NCBI GenBank assembly: GCA_035251085.1
Contig: DATFEN010000147.1
Span: 1-42,666, forward strand
Origin: Vicinamibacteria bacterium
Lineage (GTDB): Bacteria; Acidobacteriota; Vicinamibacteria; Fen-336
Reading direction: 5' to 3'
Length of the DNA stretch: 42,666 bases
The position numbers and the translations under genes are program-made. How positions within the stretch are numbered: position 1 is the stretch's first letter; each line of letters begins with the position of its first letter. Shown here piece after piece: positions 1 to 9,443 of the stretch. The notes under the pieces are model-generated. The model was not told the DNA's origin, searched no databases, and saw nothing but the letters and a program-made list of their open reading frames with translations.

Positions 1-1033
1 CGAGCCCGGTCCGGGCGCGCCGCACCAGCTCGTCGGTGCGCTGCGCGGCCGTGCGGATCCGGCCGCGCTCAGCCTCGAAGACGCGGTGCGCCGCCAGGGC
101 GGCGAGCCGGGAGCGGATGCGCGTGAAGCGCAGGTGCAGGGCCGCTTCGCGCCGGCCGTCGAAGTGCACGAGCCGCGAGCTCAGCTCCTCCTTCGCCGTC
201 ACCACCATCTCGGCCGCCGCCGACGGCGTGGGAGCGCGCAGGTCGGCCACGAAATCCGCGATCGTGAAGTCGGTCTCGTGGCCGACGGCGGAGATCGTTG
301 GGACGGGGCAGGCGGCGAGGGCCCGCGCAACGGTTTCGTCGTTGAAGGCCTGCAGGTCCTCCAGGCTCCCGCCGCCCCGCGCGACGATCACGACATCGAG
401 GCCCGGGACCCGGCCGAGCGCGCGCACGCCCTGCGCCACATCCCAGGCCGAGCCGTCCCCCTGCACGCGGGCGGGACACACGAGGACGTCGAGGTTTCGA
501 TAGCGGCGGCGCAGCACACGGAGGATGTCGCGAAGCACCGCGCCCGTCGGCGACGTGACGATGCCGATGCGCCGGGGAAGCATGGGCAAAGGACGCTTGC
601 GGGCCGCGGCGAACAGCCCCTCCTTCTGCAGCTTCTCCTTGAGCTCCTCGAAGGCCTGCTGGAGCGAGCCCTTGCCGAGGGGCTCCAGGGCCTCCACCGA
701 GAGCTGGTACTCGCCCCGCGGCGGATAGACGGTCACGCCGCCCCGCGCGAGCACCCTGAGGCCGTCCTTCGGCTTGAAGCGGAGCAGCCGAGCGGCGGTG
801 CGCCAGACCACCGCACGGACCTGAGCGCGCTCGTCCTTCAACGAGAAGTAGATGTGCCCGGAATCGGCGAGCTTGAGGTTCGAAATCTCGCCCTCGACCC
901 AGACGTCGAAGAACTCGGTTCCGAGCACACCTCCGATGCGATCGGTGAGCTCGGAGACGCTGAGCGAGCGTCGGCCGGGCCCCTTCGGTTGCGCGGGGCC
1001 CGCCCCCCCGAAGTCGAAGTCCTTCTGCTGCAT
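1..1033 (-). CDS. xseA: Exodeoxyribonuclease VII large subunit (N-terminal ~344 aa; C-terminus lies beyond the left edge)
   Basis: Absent from the ORF track because it has no stop inside the window. The minus-strand ATG at 1033 translates as MQQKDFDFGG..SVSELTDRIGGVLGTEFFDVWVEGEISNLKLADSGHIYFSLKDERAQVRAVVW..IGIVTSPTGAVLRDILRVLRRRY..VARGGGSLEDLQAFNDE..ISAVGHETDFTIADFVADLRAPTPSAAAE. This is the typical XseA OB-fold plus catalytic-core signature. GC3 is very high. Confidence 0.9.
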   Translation of the reverse strand, partial: MQQKDFDFGGAGPAQPKGPGRRSLSVSELTDRIGGVLGTEFFDVWVEGEISNLKLADSGHIYFSLKDERAQVRAVVWRTAARLLRFKPKDGLRVLARGGVTVYPPRGEYQLSVEALEPLGKGSLQQAFEELKEKLQKEGLFAAARKRPLPMLPRRIGIVTSPTGAVLRDILRVLRRRYRNLDVLVCPARVQGDGSAWDVAQGVRALGRVPGLDVVIVARGGGSLEDLQAFNDETVARALAACPVPTISAVGHETDFTIADFVADLRAPTPSAAAEMVVTAKEELSSRLVHFDGRREAALHLRFTRIRSRLAALAAHRVFEAERGRIRTAAQRTDELVRRARTGL

Positions 1034-1092
1034 GGGGACCCGGCGCGCATTCTACTGCGCCTCGAGCACGCCGCAGGCCCGGGTGGGCCCGG

Positions 1093-1497
1093 CTACATCG
1101 TCTCGGTCGTCTCGGTCTTCTTGCCTTTGCCGGCGGGTCGAATCGCGACGGCGGCCGGCGCGCCCTTGTCGTCCACGGTGTATTGAATCTTCACCTTGTC
1201 GCCGGCCTTCAGGTTCTTGAGCCGGTTCGCAGCCTTGCCCTCGGCCTTCCATGTCGCCGTCTGGTCCTTCTCGTCCTTGAAGGTGATCGTCGACTGCGCG
1301 GCGTCCACCGACACCACGGTCCCCAGGACCTGGTTCCGAGGCGCTGCGGGTTTGGCAGCGCCTGGAGATGCGGACGGCGTCGGCGAAACGGCCGCCTTCG
1401 GGGCGGCCGCAGGAGTCGGGGACGGGGACGGCTTCGGAGCCTGTGCGAGACCGCAAACGGCGAAGATGGCGGAACCGACGATGACGAGCTTTCGCAT
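1093..1497 (-). CDS. Small secreted protein: signal peptide, Pro/Ala/Ser-rich linker and a small beta-rich C-terminal domain (CusF/DUF1344-like topology, no obvious metal ligands)
   Basis: Lies in the frame of ORF 1093..1554. The internal ATG at 1497 is preceded by GGAGAGG (minus strand) and gives MRKLVIVGSAIFAVCGLAQA, followed by PKPSPSPTPAAAPK.. and then GTVVSVDAAQSTITFKDEKDQTATWKAEGKAANRLKNLKAGDKVKIQYTVDDKG. Confidence 0.7.
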   Translation of the reverse strand: MRKLVIVGSAIFAVCGLAQAPKPSPSPTPAAAPKAAVSPTPSASPGAAKPAAPRNQVLGTVVSVDAAQSTITFKDEKDQTATWKAEGKAANRLKNLKAGDKVKIQYTVDDKGAPAAVAIRPAGKGKKTETTETM

Positions 1498-1535
1498 GCC
1501 TTTCGAACCTCTCCTCACTTTCATTCTAATGCAGT

Positions 1536-1551
1536 GGCAGCGACCGGTCCT
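1536..1551 (-). promoter_or_regulatory. Weak sigma-54-type -24/-12 candidate upstream of the small secreted protein gene
   Basis: The minus strand reads AGGACCGGTCGCTGCC against the consensus TGGCACG-N4-TTGCW. The invariant GG and GC are present at the correct 11-nt register and 7 of 11 defined positions match. It sits about 40 nt upstream of the ATG at 1497 and immediately downstream of a sigma-54 activator gene. Confidence 0.3.
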
Positions 1552-2954
1552 CAAGTGCCCTCCGCCCCCTTGCGCTCGGAGATGGCTCCGGCAGGAGTCT
1601 GGATCTTCTCCAACCGATACTGCAGGGTGCGGCGCGACAGGCCCAGCAACCGCGCCGCCCGGGAGACGTTGCCCTCGGTCTTCTCGAGTGCCTTCAGGAT
1701 CAGTGTGCGCTCGACTTCGTCGAGGTCGATGCCCGAGTCGGGGATGTCCAGGGCCAGCGGTCCACGCATGGTCGTGATCCCCGCGCGCACCGCTGCAGGC
1801 AGGTCGCCGGGCACGATGACGTCCTCCTCGGCCAGGAGCATCGCCCGTTCGATCACCGACTCGAGCTGGCGCACGTTGCCAGGCCAGTCGTAGGCGGCGA
1901 GGATGTTCAAGGCGGCCTCGCTCATCTCCTTGGGGTGCCTGGGATCGGCGTACTTCCGCATGAAGTGCTCGACCAGCAGCGGGATGTCGGTGCGCCGATC
2001 CCGCAGTGGCGGCAGGACGATCGGGATGACATTGAGGCGGTAGAAGAGGTCCTCGCGGAAGCGGCCCGCGCGCACCTCGCCCTCGAGGTCGCGATTGGTG
2101 GCGGCCACGATGCGCACGTCGATCTTGACGCGCTCGGTTCCGCCGACACGCAGGATCTCGCGCTCCTGGAGCGCCCGAAGCAGCTTCACCTGCAGGTCGC
2201 GCTTCAGGTCGCCCACCTCGTCGAGGAACAGCGTCGAACCGCTCGCCTGCTCGAACAGGCCGATCTTGCGCGTCTCCGCGCCCGTGAACGCACCCCTCTC
2301 GTGACCGAACAGCTCGGCCTCGAGGATGCTCTCCGGGAGGGCGGCGATGTTGACGGCCCAGAGCGGCCGCTCGCGCCGCTCGCTCTGGTGGTGGAGGGCC
2401 CGGGCGATCAGCTCCTTGCCCGTGCCGCTCTCGCCGTAGACGAGGACCGTGGCGCTCGACGCGGCCACCTTGTGGACGATGCGGAACACGTCCTGCATCG
2501 ACCCGTGGGCCCCGACGATGTTGTCGATGCGGAAGCGGTCGCGAAGCTGCTCCTGCAGCATCCGGTTCTCGCGCAGCAGCCGGCTGCGCTCCACGGCGCG
2601 TCCCAGCACGACGAGGAGCACGTCCTTCTCGATCGGCTTGGTGAGGTAGTCCATCGCACCCTTGCGCATCGCGTCCACGGCGCTGGTGATGGTGCCGTGG
2701 GCCGTCATCAGCACCACGCTGGCCGCGGGCTGCGTCCGGGCCAGCTCGGTGAGCAGGGCGATGCCGTCCATGTCGGGCATCTTGAGGTCGGTGAGGACGG
2801 CCTCGAATGCCTGGGTGCGGGCGACGTCGAGAGCGCGCTGGCCGTTCGAGGCGGTGACGGTCTCGTAGCCCTCGGAGTCGAGGATCATCTGGAGGATGTC
2901 GCGCTGGTTCTGCTCGTCGTCGACGACGAGCACCCGGCCCCGGACCGAGCTCAC
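1551..2954 (-). CDS. Sigma-54-dependent two-component response regulator (NtrC family: receiver + AAA+ + Fis-type HTH)
   Basis: Receiver domain [17 protein letters not shown]. Walker A motif GESGTGKE. Sigma-54 contact loop GAFTGA. C-terminal [25 protein letters not shown]. The start overlaps the kinase stop (ATGA at 2951-2954). Confidence 0.93.
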   Translation of the reverse strand: MSSVRGRVLVVDDEQNQRDILQMILDSEGYETVTASNGQRALDVARTQAFEAVLTDLKMPDMDGIALLTELARTQPAASVVLMTAHGTITSAVDAMRKGAMDYLTKPIEKDVLLVVLGRAVERSRLLRENRMLQEQLRDRFRIDNIVGAHGSMQDVFRIVHKVAASSATVLVYGESGTGKELIARALHHQSERRERPLWAVNIAALPESILEAELFGHERGAFTGAETRKIGLFEQASGSTLFLDEVGDLKRDLQVKLLRALQEREILRVGGTERVKIDVRIVAATNRDLEGEVRAGRFREDLFYRLNVIPIVLPPLRDRRTDIPLLVEHFMRKYADPRHPKEMSEAALNILAAYDWPGNVRQLESVIERAMLLAEEDVIVPGDLPAAVRAGITTMRGPLALDIPDSGIDLDEVERTLILKALEKTEGNVSRAARLLGLSRRTLQYRLEKIQTPAGAISERKGAEGT

Positions 2955-4444
2955 GACGCGATGGCCTCGGCCCGAACCGCCTCGGCCACCACCGGCAGCA
3001 CGATGCGCGCCGTGGTGCCCTGGCCCTTCGCGCTCTCCAGTGCGATCGAGCCCCCGTGGTCGCCCACGATCTTGCGCGTCAGCGACAGGCCCAGGCCCAC
3101 GCCGGTCTCCTTGGTGGAGAAATACGGCTCGAAGGCCGCCTGCACCTCCTCGGGAGTCATTCCGAGACCGTTGTCCGCGACGGTCACCACGATCACGTCT
3201 CCGCCGGAGTCGCGGTCCTTGCGGCCCGTCACGCGCAGCACCCCGCCCGATGGCATGGCGTCGACGGCGTTGATCATCAGGTTGAGGAAGCAGGTCTTGA
3301 GCAGCTCCGGGTCGGCGAGCGTGTCGGGCAGCTCCTCGAGCTCGAGCTCCAGGGAGATGCTCTGATCCCTCGCCTTGTGGTCCACGAGCGAGGCGACCTC
3401 GCGCAGGATGTCTCCGATCGCGCAGACGCGGCGGTCGAGTCGCATCGGGCGGCCGAACGAGAGGAAATCGTTCACGAGGCGGTTCAGCCGGCTGATCTCA
3501 CCCTTGACGTTGCCGATGATGCGGTCGAAGTTCTCGCGCCGGGCGGTGTCGTCCGGGTGGAGCTTCTCGCGCACGTGGTCCATGGAGAGGCTGATGAAGT
3601 TGAGCGGGTTGCGGATCTCGTGCGCCACCGCGGAGGCGAGCCGCCCGATGGCGGTGGAACGCTCGGCGAAGTGGAGGCGCTCCTCTAGCAGCTGCTTCTC
3701 GCGCAGCTTGCCCACCATCTCGTTGAAGGTGCGCGATAGTGCGCCCACCTCGTCCCTGCTCCCCGCGGGCACGCTCACCTCGAGGCTGCCGGCCGCGACG
3801 GCGCGGGCAGCCATGGTGAGCTGGTCGAGGGGCCGGCTGAAGGTCCATGACAAGTAGAGTGAGAGCAGGATCCCGACCCCGAAGACAGCGAGGGTCGCGA
3901 TCAGGCGGTTCACGAGCGCCTCGTTCGATAGCGCCGAGAAGTCGTCGATGTTGCGGGTGATGAGCACGTAGCCGATGCGGCGGTCGCCCACCACGACCGG
4001 GATGGTGAGCGTCGAGGTCTTCACGCCGGGGGCCTCATCGCCGAGCACGCCGCGGATCACGTACTGCTTCGGACCCTTTCGCTTGGGGCTCGCGCGGACC
4101 AGGCGCTTGCCGACGTTCTCCGGATTGGTCGAGGCCTGGACCTCCTCGTCGGCGTCTGCGATCGAGACGTCCTTCACGCCGAGCTGGCGCAGCTTGTCCG
4201 CGTAGGCGTTGAGGACGACCTGCGCGTCGCCCTCCCCGGCGGGCTGCTCCTGGGCGATCTCGATGGCGGTGGACAGCTCCTCGGTGTACTCGCGCACCTT
4301 GGAGAGCAGCTGGCGCTCGCTGAGCAGGTGCAGCAGGAACAGCGACGAGACGGACAGCACCAGCAGCGACAGCATCGTCAGGAGCAGCTTGGTGCGGATG
4401 TTGGAGTCCCCGAGGCGACGCGCCAACGCGCTCAGCCAGCGCAT
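2951..4444 (-). CDS. Membrane sensor histidine kinase (2 TM, periplasmic sensor, HAMP, HisKA, HATPase_c)
   Basis: The real start is the internal ATG at 4444 (MRWLSALARRLGDSNIRTKLLLTMLSLLVLSV..). The 111 codons upstream in ORF 2951..4777 overlap korA and look non-coding. Motifs seen: HAMP (RPLDQLTMAARAVAAGSLEV), H-box AHEIRNPL, and the N/G boxes DNGLGM..GVGLGLS. Confidence 0.88.
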   Translation of the reverse strand: MRWLSALARRLGDSNIRTKLLLTMLSLLVLSVSSLFLLHLLSERQLLSKVREYTEELSTAIEIAQEQPAGEGDAQVVLNAYADKLRQLGVKDVSIADADEEVQASTNPENVGKRLVRASPKRKGPKQYVIRGVLGDEAPGVKTSTLTIPVVVGDRRIGYVLITRNIDDFSALSNEALVNRLIATLAVFGVGILLSLYLSWTFSRPLDQLTMAARAVAAGSLEVSVPAGSRDEVGALSRTFNEMVGKLREKQLLEERLHFAERSTAIGRLASAVAHEIRNPLNFISLSMDHVREKLHPDDTARRENFDRIIGNVKGEISRLNRLVNDFLSFGRPMRLDRRVCAIGDILREVASLVDHKARDQSISLELELEELPDTLADPELLKTCFLNLMINAVDAMPSGGVLRVTGRKDRDSGGDVIVVTVADNGLGMTPEEVQAAFEPYFSTKETGVGLGLSLTRKIVGDHGGSIALESAKGQGTTARIVLPVVAEAVRAEAIAS

Positions 4445-4467
4445 ACCGAGCAGTCTAGATCCCGCGC

Positions 4468-4508
4468 CCGGCGGGCCGCAACCGAGGGGTGCCCGCCGGC
4501 GATATACT
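4468..4508 (+). promoter_or_regulatory. Inverted repeat plus -10-like hexamer in the divergent kinase/korA intergenic region
   Basis: CCGGCGGGC (4468-4476) and GCCCGCCGG (4491-4499) form a perfect 9-bp inverted repeat with a 14-nt spacer. TATACT follows at 4503-4508. The korA Shine-Dalgarno AGGAGGA lies at 4531-4537. Confidence 0.25.
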
Positions 4509-4547
4509 GGTGGTTCACTGCGGGAGTCCCAGGAGGAATCAGGGCGT

Positions 4548-6391
4548 ATGGCCACGATGGAAGCGCCGCTGCGGCGGCGGGAGACCCTCGACGAAGCCGT
4601 CATTCGGTTCTGCGGCGACTCGGGGGACGGCATGCAGATCACCGGGAGCCAGTTCACCAACACGGCTGCGCTCTTCGGGAACGACATCTCGACGTTCCCC
4701 GACTTCCCCGCGGAGATACGCGCCCCTGCCGGGACCCTGCCGGGGGTCTCCGGCTTCCAGATCCACTTTTCCACCAAGGACGTCTATACGCCTGGCGACG
4801 CCGTGGACGTTCTGGTCGCAATGAACCCGGCTGCGCTGAGGATGAACGTGGCCGACCTGAAGACCGGCGGCATCCTCATCGTCAACGTCGACAATTTCAA
4901 GGACACGGACCTGCGCAAGGCCCAGATCGTCCAGAACCCGCTGGAGGACCACTCCCTCGACGGCTATCGGGTCTTCGGCGTCGAACTGACCAAGCTCACG
5001 CGGGCCGCCCTCAAGGAACTCGGCCTCGACGCGAAGGCGATGGACCGGTGCAAGAACTTCTTCGCGCTGGGCATGTGCTACTGGCTCTACAACCGATCGA
5101 TGGACGCCACGCATCGGTGGCTGGACGACAAGTTCAAGGACAAGCCGGTGCTGGCCGAGGCCAACAAGCTTGCCATGAAGGCCGGCTACAGCTACTGCGA
5201 GGCCACCGAGGCCTTCCAGGTCAGCTACGACATTCCGCCGGCGCGCCTCTCGCCCGGGACGTACCGCAACATCAGCGGCAACACGGCTCTGGCGCTCGGA
5301 TTCGTGACGGCATCGGCGCGCTCGGGACTGCCGTTGTTCCAGGGCAGTTATCCGATCACACCGGCCTCGGACATCCTCCACGAGCTCAGCATGTACAAGG
5401 ACTTCGGTGTGACCACGTTCCAGGCCGAGGACGAGATCGCGGCGATGACGTCGGCCATCGGCGCGGCCTATGCGGGCTCCCTGGCGATCACGACCACGTC
5501 CGGGCCAGGGATGGCGCTGAAGATGGAGGCCATCGGCCTCGCCGTCATGGTCGAGCTGCCGGTGGTGATCTGCGACATCCAGCGCGGCGGTCCGTCCACG
5601 GGCCTGCCGACGAAGACCGAGCAGGCCGACCTGCTCCAGGCCCTCTTCGGGCGCAACTCCGAGTCGCCGCTTCCCGTGCTTGCGCCGCAGACGCCCGGCG
5701 ACTGCTTCTGGATCGCTCTCGAGGCCGCACGCATCGCGACGAAGTACATGGTGCCGGTGATCGTGCTGTCCGACGGCTACCTGGCCAACGGTGCCGAGCC
5801 CTGGCGCATCCCCACCTCGGCCGAGCTGCCGGCGATGCCCGTGAGATTCCGCACCGACCCGCAGGGCTTCATGCCTTACCTGCGCGATGCCGAGACACTG
5901 GCGCGGCCCTGGGTGAAGCTGGGCACGCCGGGCCTCGAACATCGCATCGGCGGTCTCGAGAAGCAGGACGGCACGGGCAACGTCAACTACGAGGCGCTGA
6001 ACCACGAGCACATGGTGCGGTTGCGGGCGGCCAAGGTGCAGGCCGTGGCGACCGAGATCCCCGACGTCGAGGCCGCCGGGGATGCGGAGGGCGACCTGCT
6101 CCTCGTCGGCTGGGGCTCGACCTACGGCGCGATCACCGCTGCGCTCCGGACCGTCCGCGACCGCGGCCATCGCGTGGGCCACGTTCACCTGCGTCACCTG
6201 AATCCCCTCCCGCGGAACCTGGGCGAAGTGCTGAAGCGTTACCGCAAGATCGTCGTGCCCGAGATGAACCTGGGCCAGCTGCTCATGGTATTGCGAGCCA
6301 AGTTCCTCGTGGATGCGATCGGCCTCAACAAGGTCCAGGGCAAGCCGTTCAAGCAGCAGGAGATCGAGGCGAAGGTCGAGGAGGTTCTCCA

Positions 6392-6395
<4 letters not shown>
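4548..6395 (+). CDS. korA: 2-oxoglutarate/2-oxoacid:ferredoxin oxidoreductase, alpha subunit (fused alpha-gamma type)
   Basis: ATG at 4548 follows AGGAGGA. MATMEAPLRRRETLDEAVIRFCGDSGDGMQITGSQFTNTAALFGND..FPDFPAEIRAP..SYPITPASDILHEL is the typical KorA signature. The upstream part of ORF 4209..6395 is antisense to the kinase. Confidence 0.9.
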
Positions 6396-7411
<1,016 letters not shown>

Positions 7412-7423
7412 GGACGCCATCTC

Positions 7424-7452
7424 TTGACAGCCTCGGACGGGCGGCCTAGCTT
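7424..7452 (+). promoter_or_regulatory. Candidate sigma-70 promoter (TTGACA-N17-TAGCTT) 13 nt after the korB stop
   Basis: Consensus -35 TTGACA at 7424-7429, an exact 17-nt spacer, and -10 TAGCTT at 7447-7452. No protein gene follows on this strand before the terminator at 7651-7681. Confidence 0.4.
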
Positions 7453-7458
7453 GATGGT

Positions 7459-7681
7459 TGTCGGAGGTCGAAATTCGAGCGAAGTGCCCGAGCGAGCGAC
7501 TCGGGCCAATCCGTGAATCGGAGGTTGCTTGCATGGAGTGCACTCCGCCGAAGAGAGTTGGGGGCCTCTAGAGGCCCCGCACGGATCGAAGCCGTTTTGA
7601 AGCACGCGCCCTGAAGGCGCGCGGGGGTTTCGAAACCCCAATAGAGAAGCGGGCCCGGGACAGTGCTCCCGGGCCCTTTTT
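7459..7681 (+). ncRNA. Candidate ~220-nt structured small RNA (unknown family), bounded by the promoter above and an intrinsic terminator
   Basis: A chain of hairpins or palindromes: GCCCGAG-N7-CTCGGGC (about 7485-7505), GGAGTGCACTCC (7535-7546), GGGGCCTCTAGAGGCCCC (7561-7578), CGCGCC-CTGAA-GGCGCG (7605-7621), GGGGTTTCGAAACCCC (7624-7639), and then the terminator. There are two copies of TCGGAGGT (7461-7468, 7518-7525). I recognised no RNase P, tmRNA, SRP or 6S signature. Confidence 0.35.
7651..7681 (+). terminator. Rho-independent terminator (possibly bidirectional)
   Basis: GGGCCCGGGA-CAGTGC-TCCCGGGCCC forms a perfect 10-bp G+C stem with a 6-nt loop, followed by TTTTT(GCTTTCG). It lies 15 nt beyond the stop (7696-7698) of the convergent minus-strand gene. 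Confidence 0.7.
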
Positions 7682-7695
7682 GCTTTCGTCCGGAC

Positions 7696-9390
7696 TTATC
7701 GTTCCAACGACGGCACAGGGATTCGCAGGTCGCCCTCTTCCGTTTCCAGCAGGACATCGGTCGACTCGACGGCTCTTACGACCGCATCGGCGAGGCGATC
7801 GCCTGCCCGGTAGGAATAGAGGGTGCCGTTGGGTGCGTAGGCGAAGGCGATCCAGCCGTTCCCCGCCGTCGCCAGACCCACCGGTTGGAACTCCGAGAGC
7901 GCCAGGTCCGAAGGTCGCAGCTGGAGCCGTGGATCCGGCGGATCGCCGGCGATTGGCTCGAGGCTCTCTCCGCCGCCGGGTCGCTCGACGATCCGGCGCC
8001 CATCCTCGAGACGCTCGGCGAGGCCGAGGGCCGCGAGCATGGTGGTACGAAGCGCTCCGGCAGGAGTGTTCTTGGCCCAGACGCTCAGCCGGCCAAGGGT
8101 CCCCGCGGGACCCAGCGACGCGAGGCTTGGGTCGATGTCGGCCATGACCGCCAGCAGATCGCGGACCGAAGCGCGTTTGAGCTCGAAGCTCACGAGCGGT
8201 CCGGCGGGAGGCGGTTCGTCTGCAGCCGCGGTTCCTTTCCTCGCCGGCGCCCTCTTCTCCTCCTTCGGGGCTCGCCCGGATGCGACGACGCGCACGGGCC
8301 CGTCGTCGGAGAAGCGCAGATTGGCAGCCTTGGCCAGTGCCTGGAGCGCCTCGTCGAGCGTCACGCGTGACAGCTCGATGCTGGTGCGCCCGAACGCAGC
8401 GGCGTCGACCACGAAGCCTTGGCCGGTGAGGGCCGTCAGCACCCGGAAGACGTCGGGCAGGTCGACGTCGCGCAGTCGGACGGACAGGGGCCCCTTGCCG
8501 GGGGTCTTCCCGCCCGGCCCCTGGACCACCGGGCCGCGCAGCGTATCGCGGTCCACCGTGCACGACGCGTCAGGCTCCTCGAAGGGGTCCTCGCCCGGGA
8601 TGGGCAGCTCCGCCTCGGGTCCCGCAACGGGGCTCGATCCCTTCACTTCGAACCGCAGGCACGCGCCCTGACGCGCGACAAGGAACTGCGTCACGCGGAA
8701 GAACCCGCTCTCGAAGCGCGACTCCAGGGCACGCACCGGCCCTTCGCCGACCGTCAGCCCCTTGACCGAGAACCCCTCGGCAAGGACAGCCTGCGTGACG
8801 ATGGCCGGTCGCTCGCGCACGGCCGCGCCCAGCTCGGAGAGGAACACCCGGGGGTTGCGGCGGCTTCGCCGCAGCCCGGCGATGGCCTCGGACTTTGCGA
8901 GGGCGAGTGCCTGGTCGGCGATGAAGGCATCGGCCTGGGCACGCGGAACTCCGCTCACCCGGGCCCGCGTGCCGTCGGGGACATGGGCCAGGGGCGCCCG
9001 CAGCGGTCGAAACGGGCAGAGCAGGACCGCCGTCAGGCGGATGGAGTCGCCTGGTGCCGCCGTCAGGGTCAGGGTCTCGACGTCGACGAGACGATGGGAG
9101 AGCGCCACCAGACCGAAGAAGCGATCGACCTGCGCATAACTTCCCACGGCGGCGAGCTCCACCGCCACGTGGCCCCGGGCACCGTCTTCCACCGGCGGAC
9201 GGGCCAGCGACTCGACCGCGACAAGGCGCGCTTGCTCCGCCAGGTTCCTCACCAGCGCAGCATCGGCGACCGTGATCGGGCCGTCGGGAAGGATCCGACG
9301 AAGGGCTTCGAGGCGCCGGTCGAGGAGCAGCCGCTCGTCGGGGAACGGCCGCTCCGGCACGCTGACCAGGAGCAGCAGGGGCCAGAGCAT
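7696..9390 (-). CDS. Membrane-anchored periplasmic protein fusing two PilN/PilO-like modules, two secretin-N0/STN-like modules and a PilP-like module
   Basis: Continuous 564-aa ORF with high GC3. Short N-terminal hydrophobic anchor MLWPLLLLVSV. PilO-like module ..AVELAAVGSYAQVDRFFGLVALSHRLVDVETLTLTAAPGDSIRLTAVL. PilN-like module RRNPRVFLSELGAAVRERPAIVTQAVLAEGFSVKGLTVGEGPVRALESRFESGFFRVTQFLV..RFEVKG. First STN-like module LSVRLRDVDLPDVFRVLTALTGQGFVVD..VTLDEALQALAKAANLRF, second VSFELKRASVRDLLAVMADI... PilP-like module LSEFQPVGLATAGNGWIAFAYAPNGTLYSYRAGDRLADAVVRAVESTDVLLETEEG. Confidence 0.8.
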   Translation of the reverse strand: MLWPLLLLVSVPERPFPDERLLLDRRLEALRRILPDGPITVADAALVRNLAEQARLVAVESLARPPVEDGARGHVAVELAAVGSYAQVDRFFGLVALSHRLVDVETLTLTAAPGDSIRLTAVLLCPFRPLRAPLAHVPDGTRARVSGVPRAQADAFIADQALALAKSEAIAGLRRSRRNPRVFLSELGAAVRERPAIVTQAVLAEGFSVKGLTVGEGPVRALESRFESGFFRVTQFLVARQGACLRFEVKGSSPVAGPEAELPIPGEDPFEEPDASCTVDRDTLRGPVVQGPGGKTPGKGPLSVRLRDVDLPDVFRVLTALTGQGFVVDAAAFGRTSIELSRVTLDEALQALAKAANLRFSDDGPVRVVASGRAPKEEKRAPARKGTAAADEPPPAGPLVSFELKRASVRDLLAVMADIDPSLASLGPAGTLGRLSVWAKNTPAGALRTTMLAALGLAERLEDGRRIVERPGGGESLEPIAGDPPDPRLQLRPSDLALSEFQPVGLATAGNGWIAFAYAPNGTLYSYRAGDRLADAVVRAVESTDVLLETEEGDLRIPVPSLER

Positions 9391-9443
9391 CCGCCGCGAT
9401 GATACGGCATTCGAGATCTGGTCCGGTCCGAATGCCCCCGTAA

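Noticed and set aside
86-1186. 366-aa plus-strand ORF at the left edge (and 36..503, 69..479)
   Set aside because: It is antisense or out of frame to a clearly recognisable xseA on the minus strand. It has low-complexity Arg/Ala/Gly composition and no motif.
4508-4521. Sigma-54-like TGGTGG-N5-TGC upstream of korA, next to a sigma-54 activator gene
   Set aside because: The GG-to-GC spacing is one nucleotide shorter than the strict -24/-12 register, and a sigma-70-like TATACT sits immediately upstream.
7533-7571. 12-codon mini-ORF (MECTPPKRVGGL) with GGAGG 8 nt upstream inside the candidate sRNA
   Set aside because: It is too short to support as a gene from sequence alone. It is mentioned only as a property of the candidate RNA.
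7621-7640. tRNA/tmRNA-like T-arm (GGGGGTTTCGAAACCCC)
   Set aside because: The loop would be 6 nt rather than the canonical 7-nt T-loop. There is no matching acceptor stem, no D- or anticodon arm, no CCA, and no tmRNA tag reading frame nearby.
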